From positions 160,001-224,000 of the forward strand of contig VMGC01000001.1 of NCBI GenBank assembly GCA_007376385.1: 64,000 bases of DNA, written 5' to 3'. The first letter of the stretch is position 1. Each line of letters opens with the position of its first letter. The position numbers were made by a program, and so were the translations under genes. Below the pieces are notes generated by a model, which saw only the letters and a program-made list of their open reading frames with translations, was not told the origin of the DNA and did no database searches. This document shows, in pieces, positions 45,690 through 53,632 of the stretch. Source of the DNA: Parcubacteria group bacterium Gr01-1014_8. GTDB lineage: Bacteria; Patescibacteriota; Minisyncoccia; Phycocordibacterales; UBA2100.

Positions 45690-46149
45690 TAACTGGATTG
45701 CCAGTTAGTACAGCGATGTACTACAAAAGATCCGCCTGTCAGCAATGACGGTAGTAATTCGGCTTATAACGGTGGAATCCTACTCGGAGCACTTTAGACG
45801 AGGTGCGTTGATGAAAGGATAATACCGTGGGAAGTCTTGTGAGTTTCGTGGAGGGCAACCTCCGTGCGAGAGCGCCTCGCCCGGTTGAGGGCGGTCGGTC
45901 GGCATTGGTGCTGACTGTCTGATCTGGAGCCTCTGTCCAGGCTCTCGCATCAATCTTCTCATCATGGTGATGGGAACTTCCACGAAACTCGCAATGACCC
46001 CGTAACGACTTAGCGCGAAAGCGCTGGAAGTGTCTCAAAAACACTTAACACGCCGACTCTGCAATGCGCAGAAGAAGATATAGTCTAATGCCCGAAGTAA
46101 TTCGGGGAGAGTGTCATATTGCGCGAAATATGACGATCAAACTCAAATG
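45690..46149 (+). mobile_element. group I intron 2b (ORF-less; carries a decayed homing-endonuclease remnant homologous to the intron 3 endonuclease)
   Basis: Follows the 8-nt exon tgtctggt. Contains the R-like element cgtaacgacttagc, the S element gaagatatagtc and an omega-G before the exon AAGTTCAGACG. The remnant reading frame is KDNTVGSLVSF..., compared with MDNTVGSLTQL in intron 3; the ATG has been lost. Confidence 0.5.
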
Positions 46150-46699
46150 AAGTTCAGACGCGCACGAATGGTATAACGACTTGGGAACTGTCTCGAGCAT
46201 TTGCCCGGTGAAAATACAAGGGCGGTGAAGATGCCGCCTTCCTGCAGCTAGACGAAAAGACCCCAGAAGCTTTACTGTAATTTGGTATTGAGGATACGAT
46301 TTTTCCGCGTAGCGTAAGTGGGAGGCTTTGAAGCAAGGATCTCGGTTCTTGTGGAGCCGTCAATGCAACACCACTCCTAAAAATTGTATTTTCTAACTTC
46401 CATAGCAAAACTGTGGAAAGACAGTACCTGATGGACAGTTTCGGTGGGGCGCTGTCCTCCTAAAAAGTAACGGAGGAGCCTATTAAGGTCACCTAGGTGC
46501 GAATGGAAACCGTACCGGTAGTGCAATGGCAAAAGGTGGCTTGACTGCGAGTCGTACGTGACAAGCAGGCGCGAAAGCGGAGCATAATGAACCGATGGTT
46601 CGCATTAGATGCGACCAAAGATTAACGGATAAAAGTTACTCTGGGGATAACAGGCTGGTTTCGCCTAAGAGTCCAAATCGACGGCGAAGTTCGGCACCT

Positions 46700-47542
46700 T
46701 AACAAATCGGGGTGCGACGTAAGCAATTACGTAGCTTGGCTCACACATGAGACCAAGAACCAACATGTGTGCAGTTCAAATCGTGGCTTATAACGGTGAA
46801 CTCCATGGTATTATAGAACAATCGTTCTATAGTATATGGACAATACCGTGGGAAGTTTAACTCAATTACAGCGATCAATAATTATCGGTAGTCTCTTAGG
46901 TGATGGCTACTTACGGATCGTACCGCGCAGATACAATGCGTTTCTCGAGATCAATCATTCGTATTCACAAAAAGAATATGTTGATTGGACATTCGAGATG
47001 CTCAAATCGATCTGTAGAAGCGGTCCGAAGATGCGAAACGGAAATGGTGTGCGAATTGCATACCGTTTTACGACTCGTCAAATGCCGGAAATCACCGAAT
47101 TGTTCAAAGTGTTTTATGCCAATGGCAAGAAATAAATTTCGAACAATTTAAGATTAGATCCGATAATGCTTGCTGTATGGTTCATGGATGATGGAAGTAG
47201 GTGTAGCGTTGAGAACGTGTACCTTAATACTCAGCAGTTTAATTTCGATGATCAAGAAAAATGCAGGGCAATGCTCATGCGGCTTGGTATCGAAACAACT
47301 CTCAATAAGGACAAGAAGTATTTGAGAGTGAGGATAAAAACATCCTCAATCCCAAAACTTCATAAAATTATCTCACCGCACATCATTCCATCCATGAAAT
47401 ATAAATTGGGTTATAACCCCGTAGAGACTCGCTTCTTCGGAAGCGGAGTTACTGACTCTGTAATGAGCAGTAGCTAACACGCCACCTCCTTTCAATAGAA
47501 AGGATGATGATATAGTCCGATCCTTCCAGTAATGGAAGAAAA
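46700..47542 (+). mobile_element. group I intron 3 (near the E. coli 2499/2500 equivalent) with a double-motif LAGLIDADG gene
   Basis: The upstream exon ends ...GGCACCT, the intron ends ...cattG, and the downstream exon resumes CGATGTCGGCTCATC. The S element is gatgatatagtcc. Confidence 0.7.
46836..47477 (+). pseudogene. double-motif LAGLIDADG homing endonuclease interrupted by a single in-frame TAA (47133-47135)
   Basis: First motif IIGSLLGDGYL and second motif LAVWFMDDGS are in the same reading frame. The 30 nt between the stop and the next ATG also read in frame (ISNNLRLDPI), consistent with one ancestral ORF of about 213 aa. Confidence 0.7.
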
Positions 47543-47786
47543 AATGACATTGCGATGTCGGCTCATCTTAGCGCGGGGCTGGAGAAGGTCCCAAGCGTAT
47601 GGCTGTTCGCCATTTAAAAAGGTACGTGAGCTGGGTTCAAACCGTCGTGAGACAGGTTGGTCTTAATCTGCTGTAGGCGTTGATTCTTGAGGAGACTCAT
47701 TTTTAGTACGAGAGGACCGAAATGAACTGACCTCTGGTCTGGGGGCTGTAGTACCAACTGCATCGCCCCGTAGCTATGTCGGGATT

Positions 47787-47819
<33 letters not shown>

Positions 47820-48002
47820 GACTCCAAGATTAGGAATCGTTATAGACTCGTGGGAGATGACCACGTTGATAGGCACCAGGTGGAAGCGCAGTAATGCGTT
47901 GAGCCGAGGTGTACTAATTAGTCGACAGAATTCTCGAAAGGAATTTTGGGAGTCGCGATACTGGTTTATTGCGACGAGCGAGGACGAAGCGAAAATTTAT
48001 TG

Positions 48003-48090
48003 GCGACGTAGGGCGAGAGAAGCGAAAATGTACTCATTTTCATTTCCGAGCCGAGGAGCCAAAATAGGGTCGAATACCCTTTATTTTCAT
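48003..48090 (+). repeat. conserved ~88-bp element, copy A (23S-5S spacer)
   Basis: gcgacgtagggcgagagaagcgaaaatgtactcattttcatttccgagccgaggagccaaaatagggtcgaataccctttattttcat. It shares an identical 30-mer (gtactcattttcatttccgagccgaggagc) with copy B at 61884-61970, and about 80% identity overall. Confidence 0.6.
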
Positions 48091-48256
48091 TTCGTCCGAG
48101 CGAAGGCGCAACAAAGGGTTACTACCCTTTATTGCGAAGTAACAAAACGCATTCTTTCTTTCTGTGGTTCGCCGAAGCTCGCACAAGCGAGCGTAGGAGA
48201 CTGCATTGTGTCGTTCTTCGGTTGCCGAAGGCAAAGTTCATTGCAATTGAAGTTTT

Positions 48257-48367
48257 TGTTCTGGTGATTTATCGCTGGGGTCACACCTGTTCTCATTCCG
48301 AACACAGTAGTTAAGCCCAGTTGAGGCGATGGTAGTCGCAAGGCGAGAGTAGCTAGTCGCCAGAACA
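48257..48367 (+). rRNA. rrf: 5S ribosomal RNA
   Basis: ctggtga...tcacacctgttctcattccgaacacagtagttaagcccag...gatggtagt...gagagtag...tcgccag. Helix I pairs (ctggtga / tcgccag) and loop C is conserved. Confidence 0.85.
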
Positions 48368-48385
48368 AAGATTTCAAAGCAACAA

Positions 48386-48412
48386 AAACTCCCACTCCAG
48401 GAGTTTTTTGTT
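48386..48412 (+). terminator. intrinsic terminator after 5S (aaaaactcc-cact-ccaggagtttttt)
   Basis: Hairpin followed by a T-run. Confidence 0.5.
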
Positions 48413-48808
48413 GTGATACAGTATTTTCGTGACCGACCGAATGCAAAATCAACCTCAAATGCCGAAGGACGGGGAAGCGTTGAAAGATGTGCAGTGCGGT
48501 TGCTGCGGGGAGCTTGGTAATGTAACCGCAGCAATAGTGCCGCCTAAAAAACGCTGGAGAAGAGTCTAAGTATAAATTTGAGTGCGATCCGAGCAGTACT
48601 AACGATAAGGGCAAACAGGGTTGCGGCATGTCCGTTACGATTTCAGTCAAATAACTTTCACAGAGAAAAGTACCTTTGGACGCATATGTTGGCGCTGAAA
48701 TGGAACTCGCGTATAAAAAAGACCTAGGCTCGCTGCACCATCCGAAGTAAACATTAGATTCGGCGCGTTATACTTGCATTAGTCTCGCGGTACGCGGGGC
48801 AATCTATC

Positions 48809-51190
48809 ATGCTGAAACAAGATGAGCATTGGTGGTCGCCGGGGGTGCGTAAGCGGATCATGGACGGTCCCGCCGCTGATTCGAAAATTGTGGACAGCGG
48901 CGTAGGGTCCAAAACGCCCGAGGGAAGCGGATCGTGGTCCGAAACTGCGCAGCAAATTCTCGACTCTTTGTTCGCTACTAAAAACAGCAGGAGTTTCGAG
49001 GAATATCTCGAACGAAACTTCCTTACAGAACCTCGTATCTCCGACAAAGTGACATTACAATCACTAGCATATGCCCGCGACAAGCTGGCGGCGTTGGGTA
49101 GCGACCGCCGTAACAGAGAAGACGGCACAGATGCAGAACTTATTCAAAATGCGCATGTCGCACTCGTCCGAGCAATTATAAAGGTGCGTGTCGCGCAGGA
49201 ATCCACACCCAAATCGAATAAAGAACGGGAGCCGTATAAAGACCCGACTATTGTCACAGCAGCAGAAGTCCAACAATCGGCGATAGACACGCAGCGAGAC
49301 TTGCATATTCGCGCCGAACAGACCGAGCATGAAATTCGGGTTCTTCTGGATAAGTTATTTCACGCCAGTATTCTTGGGAAAAAAGAAAGACAATCAGTCG
49401 TAGATGAGATTGAAACCTACGTAAAAGAAGCCAAAGAGAGTATCGATGAGAGGCGCTATGCGTATCTGCAGATGTCGCTCGCTTCAGTTTGGCACTCGCT
49501 TCAGGATATTGAGAGAAAAAAAGAGCCAAGCGCTGAACTACTTGCAGAACTATCGAAACGCGCCTACGACGAACTCTATGGCAAGTTACGGGAGACTGCG
49601 CGCGCGCTTTTTAATGTTGAGCTTGATTCGTACGCACTTTCTGACGAGCGGGATGTTATTTCTGTTTTCACGAATACAAGCCACACATCTCGATTGCATG
49701 AGTTGGGTTTGACAGCGGAAGAAATTGACTCGTTCCGCATCGCGGCGGGGTTTCTCCAAAAACACCAATCAGATTATCGGTTGGTCGGCTCATCGGCATT
49801 TGCCACGAAGCTATTTCTAGGTTCGTTCAATAAAGTTACGTGCAGAAATCATATAGAAAATGTCACCGTTGCGCTTGATAAAGCACTTGTGCGTCGAATG
49901 AGAGATGAGCTCGTTCAATTACTTCCCGAGCTTTGGAATGCGGGGGTATATAAGTACACACCTGAAGTCATCATAGATAAAATGATGGAAAAAGCCGACG
50001 CACAGTATCAAGCGGGATTTCGGAATAGTTATTCAAGATTGCGCCCAAAACTGGAAGAAGCATTCCGCGATGCAGAAGAGAGACTTCGAGCAAGTGGCGT
50101 TGAAGCGACGGCTCGCAAAGTGGAATTTAACGAGGAAGAATGGGCACTCGATGCGATATTGAGCGAGAATCGGGCACGGCTTGAATATCTTGAATTCATC
50201 AATCCATCGAACGGTGCCGCAGAAAAAGCGAAATTCTTTGATGCGTTGAAAAGAGGCGAAGAATATAATCCGCAATTAGAATACGCGGTGAAGGAATCTC
50301 AGGAGCAAGCACTCAAGCTTGCGTCGCATACAATAGAAAGAGCAGGAAGAATGGTGAAAACGGGTCCAAACGTCGATATATTCGTTCGGGAAATAGTAGT
50401 GCAGGAGCGTACACTTGAGTTTATACGAGGCATTGGCGCGGAACACTGGTCGCAGCGTCGTGCCGAACGACTGTTCGGTCGCATCGACAGATTTCTTCTC
50501 GATGACACAGTTGCCGAGCTCAAAGAAATGCCAAGCGGTTTTTTTGAGAACGGAGGAGAGAATCTTTCGAAAGACGAGGTTAGAACGCAGGCAATGAAGG
50601 CTTTGAAAGATGTTGGCGCTTCAGATTGGTCATTCGACTTTCATGCGCAAGAAAATGTGCCATCTGTCGTGCTCGCGAGCAGGAAGCAAGTCTTTTTCCA
50701 GAAACGCGAAGTGTATCCGGAACAATTCGTGAACATTCTCATAGCGCATGAAATTTACGGCCATGTTGCACAAGATAATAATGCTTTGAAGCACGGAGTC
50801 GGACTTCTTCAGAGCGGTCTCGGCAATTACGAGCCACTGATGGAGGGTTTTGCGCTTGATCAGGAACGGAAAGTAAATCCTCTCACGGAACTTCGCATTA
50901 AGTTCTACTACGCTGCAGTCGCGCATGCAGCTAAACACTCCTTGCATGATACGTTCCAGTATCTCAAACGATGGCTTCCCGATGAGGATGCTTATGCACT
51001 GGCGTCACGGGTGAAGCGGGGGATGCGGGACACGAGTAAGCCCGGTACGTGGCTTAAGGACAAGATATATTTGGAGGGACTAACAGAACTGGATCATATG
51101 TCGGCTGAAGATCAGGCGCTTGTGAGGCACGGCAAGTTTGAAGGAGCTCTGACGGCGAACGTTCGTCGGCTCGTTTCCAATCGGCTCTAG
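48809..51190 (+). CDS. DUF1704/QEGLA-family-like protein (putative zincin-type metallopeptidase) with a ~550-aa helical N-terminal extension
   Basis: The C-terminal region has HExxH (ILIAHEIYGHV) followed about 25 aa later by ...PLMEGFALDQE (a QEGLA-like motif). 793 aa. Confidence 0.55.
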   Translation: MLKQDEHWWSPGVRKRIMDGPAADSKIVDSGVGSKTPEGSGSWSETAQQILDSLFATKNSRSFEEYLERNFLTEPRISDKVTLQSLAYARDKLAALGSDRRNREDGTDAELIQNAHVALVRAIIKVRVAQESTPKSNKEREPYKDPTIVTAAEVQQSAIDTQRDLHIRAEQTEHEIRVLLDKLFHASILGKKERQSVVDEIETYVKEAKESIDERRYAYLQMSLASVWHSLQDIERKKEPSAELLAELSKRAYDELYGKLRETARALFNVELDSYALSDERDVISVFTNTSHTSRLHELGLTAEEIDSFRIAAGFLQKHQSDYRLVGSSAFATKLFLGSFNKVTCRNHIENVTVALDKALVRRMRDELVQLLPELWNAGVYKYTPEVIIDKMMEKADAQYQAGFRNSYSRLRPKLEEAFRDAEERLRASGVEATARKVEFNEEEWALDAILSENRARLEYLEFINPSNGAAEKAKFFDALKRGEEYNPQLEYAVKESQEQALKLASHTIERAGRMVKTGPNVDIFVREIVVQERTLEFIRGIGAEHWSQRRAERLFGRIDRFLLDDTVAELKEMPSGFFENGGENLSKDEVRTQAMKALKDVGASDWSFDFHAQENVPSVVLASRKQVFFQKREVYPEQFVNILIAHEIYGHVAQDNNALKHGVGLLQSGLGNYEPLMEGFALDQERKVNPLTELRIKFYYAAVAHAAKHSLHDTFQYLKRWLPDEDAYALASRVKRGMRDTSKPGTWLKDKIYLEGLTELDHMSAEDQALVRHGKFEGALTANVRRLVSNRL

Positions 51191-52272
51191 CCCTTCTTAT
51201 CAGGAGTACGGTCGGGCACGATAGTCACAACTGCCGGTATGAGGCCGCCACTTTGTGAGATGTTGAGCTTTTCACCGGGCAGGTCGCGGCAAGTCCTCGA
51301 CATAAAAAATATGTTGTATTTTCCCGAGTGCTTGTCTTTCATGAGATACATGTCAAGGCCGTACTTGTACGTTACGCCCTTGAAATCAAATGTTGCAATA
51401 TCAATGAATTCTTGCAGTGCATACACTACGCCCCCCGGGTTTTTTTCTTTGTCCGGCACGGGAACTTGTTGGCCGGGAAAATACACATCGTCGCCCGCAA
51501 GGCCAACACTGGCTTTACATACCCAGCCTTCAGGGACGACAAAAGTCTCGCCGGGCACGATGACTTTCTTCTGCCCTTTGGGAAGAATTGGTGATTCGAT
51601 ATCCGTAAGTTGTGATTTGTCGCCTGCACGTACTGTGCCCTGTTTATTGACCACGTCCGCCAAAGCCTCTCGTATTAAATGGTGAGAATCGTTCAATTTC
51701 TGCAACTCGGCATCCAGTGTGAATCGTAGTGCCTTATTCATATCTATGCCGGCATCTACTGCTGTCTTGATGTTCTCAAGATCGGCAGGTACTTGTGTGA
51801 ATTTCCCTCCCCACATGTGATCACTAGCTATACGAGCTTCTGCCTCGCCGACTCTCTGGACTCCTGTGTTCTCATTCGACATTACCCATGTCGGAGTCGT
51901 CATATCTTCCATGTTTTGTCCTATCGTGTCGAACGTTTGCATTTCTCCGTATGCTGCGTGTGCAATTGCGTTGAACATAACGCCGCCGGGGATCTGAGCA
52001 TTTATTTCTATGAGACGCATATCCCCGTTCTTGGTCGGTGCGAGGTCAACCCGCATAAATTCCGGTGTATTGAGCAGCCCTGCTTTCTTTGAAACCGTTT
52101 CGACAACTCGTATCGTTTCATCGACAACTCGTCTGGGAAGTTCAACATACATCGGGGGGAAAGTCGGGAATACTTTCTCGCCAATCCTTACGTAGTTATG
52201 TAACAAATCCGGCATCTCGGGCTGTCTTTCAGGATCTGGGTGTCTGACATCTTTCGGCCGCAATTCACTCAT
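51187..52272 (-). CDS. glutathionylspermidine-synthase-like (GSP_synth/YgiC-YjfC family) ATP-grasp amidoligase
   Basis: N-proximal motif FMRVDLAPTKNGDMRLIEINAQIPGG matches the family motif R-x-D-x-A...G-x-x-K-L-L-E-x-N-A-D-T-P. 361 aa, convergent with the DUF1704 gene with a 4-nt overlap. Confidence 0.5.
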   Translation of the reverse strand: MSELRPKDVRHPDPERQPEMPDLLHNYVRIGEKVFPTFPPMYVELPRRVVDETIRVVETVSKKAGLLNTPEFMRVDLAPTKNGDMRLIEINAQIPGGVMFNAIAHAAYGEMQTFDTIGQNMEDMTTPTWVMSNENTGVQRVGEAEARIASDHMWGGKFTQVPADLENIKTAVDAGIDMNKALRFTLDAELQKLNDSHHLIREALADVVNKQGTVRAGDKSQLTDIESPILPKGQKKVIVPGETFVVPEGWVCKASVGLAGDDVYFPGQQVPVPDKEKNPGGVVYALQEFIDIATFDFKGVTYKYGLDMYLMKDKHSGKYNIFFMSRTCRDLPGEKLNISQSGGLIPAVVTIVPDRTPDKKG

Positions 52273-52442
52273 AGCGGAATAATATCACAGCCCGTTTTGC
52301 GCTTGTCTTGCACAGCTAAATTGCAAATGTTAGCGTGTCCGAATGCATCCAAACGGACTGCAGAACATCATTTCGATTATTACTCCCGAGGAAGCGGGGG
52401 AATTTTCGATTGTGTAGGAAGTAGGTAAACCAAAACAATCAG

Positions 52443-52466
52443 AAGCCCCCGCAAGGGGCTTTTTTG
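52443..52466 (+). terminator. intrinsic terminator hairpin (gcccccgc-aa-ggggc followed by TTTTTT) in an ORF-free region
   Basis: Read directly from the sequence. There is no upstream + strand CDS. Confidence 0.45.
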
Positions 52467-52775
52467 ATGCTTCGGATTCGGCTCTTGCAAATCGAGATTC
52501 GAATCTGGGGTCGTCAGGGCTCCAGCCGGCTTGAGCCGGAAACTCGAATGGTCTGGAGGACCCATGGGAAAGTATCCCAAACCTGATCCTTTTGCTGCGC
52601 CATTTGGCATCAACTGTCGGCATGCCTCCGATTCGGAGCCGAGGAAGCCGAAAGTCCGCCAACGCCGGAGGATGAAAATCCGAAAAGCGAAAAAAAGCAA
52701 AGCATAAGGCAGCGCTCCACCGCCTCCTTTTAAGCTAAGGCTCGTCGCGCGACTCGTTCGTGCGGCGGCCTTTCT

Positions 52776-52813
52776 TTATAAAAACTCAGCCGTAGCGCGA
52801 GGAGCGCTACGGC
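52776..52813 (-). terminator. minus-strand intrinsic terminator (gccgtagcgc-gagga-gcgctacggc, then UGAGUUUUUAU on the minus strand)
   Basis: Perfect 10-bp stem. The U-run lies on the minus strand. Confidence 0.45.
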
Positions 52814-53160
52814 CAAGGACGTCACTCCCAGATGATTTCGACATACTCGTGTGGGCGAGCTGGGTCGACACCTGCGGGACGCAGAACCACCCTCCGTGGG
52901 GTGCGCCGCCTCCGAACGGGTGAGTTCGGGGCAGACCCCGACGCTTTCGCGTCGTCAATCCGGCTCAGCGCCAAGATTTCTTGTTTATCAGTCGTGCAAT
53001 TCCTGGGCATTTGCCACCTCGCTTTCAGCACAGGCCGTGTTCCACCGGAATGGTCATACACGGAGTCTATGCGGAGTATTCTGCACAGGCCCCGGGCCAC
53101 CACAAGGGCACTTCCATTTTTGTAACGCCTTGCGGCTAACAAAAATTGGTCGCACCCATT

Positions 53161-53190
53161 AAAAAAGCCCTCCTAGGTGGAGGGCTTGTC
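53161..53190. terminator. hairpin terminator (gccctcc-tagg-tggagggc), T6 on the minus strand and a weaker T-rich tail on the + strand
   Basis: Read directly from the sequence. Confidence 0.4.
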
Positions 53191-53341
53191 TGTATCTACT
53201 TTATTTTTCTCAACTAGACACAAGCAAAACCTCCACCAGAGTGGGTAAGAAGGAGGCTAAGGAGAAGACCTTTTATATACTTGTCGGACATGGATTTGAT
53301 TGTATTGGACATTTGTATCCTGTCAACGATACAATCTGTTC

Positions 53342-53632
53342 ATGAGCGATAAGTCGTGGAAGCCGGATGCGCAGAAGCTGCCAACTCTTTCGCGAGATAC
53401 AGCCAAGAAAATGATTGACGATTTTCCAACGATCAAGAGTGCGTATTTGGCTGAAACAAGCAAAGAGGGAGGCTTGATACTAGCGACAGAACTCGCGAGG
53501 GGATATTTAGAGGATATTTTAAATCTTCCCGAAAAAGAACGGAACACGTGGGATTCAGAAATAACAGGTCTCGGAAATATTCTGTGGTTTTGGGAGCATC
53601 GACATGATCCGAATCAACGCGAGCCTCGCTGA
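53342..53632 (+). CDS. hypothetical protein
   Basis: ORF trimmed to MSDKSWKPDAQ.... No motifs recognised. Confidence 0.35.
   Translation: MSDKSWKPDAQKLPTLSRDTAKKMIDDFPTIKSAYLAETSKEGGLILATELARGYLEDILNLPEKERNTWDSEITGLGNILWFWEHRHDPNQREPR

Noticed and set aside
51187-52272. RimK-type or circularly permuted ATP-grasp interpretation of the 361-aa ligase
   Set aside because: The ATP-grasp-like motif is N-proximal and matches the GSP_synth/YgiC N-terminal motif (R-x-D-x-A...KLLE-x-NADTP), not the C-terminal RimK motif. It was therefore assigned to the glutathionylspermidine-synthase-like family.
52848-53160. tmRNA (ssrA) on the + strand: GGGGUGCG near 52896 could pair with CGCACCC-A near 53150 as an acceptor stem, and a CCGAACGGG string resembles the tmRNA 5' UUCGACGGG motif
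   Set aside because: No T-arm (GGUUCGAAUCC-like stem-loop) precedes the putative 3' acceptor strand. No plausible tag-peptide reading frame ends in a hydrophobic ...AA stop. The span is only about 260 nt. On the minus strand a T-arm-like GCAGG-UGUCGAC-CCAGC has a mismatched stem and no matching 5' acceptor strand.
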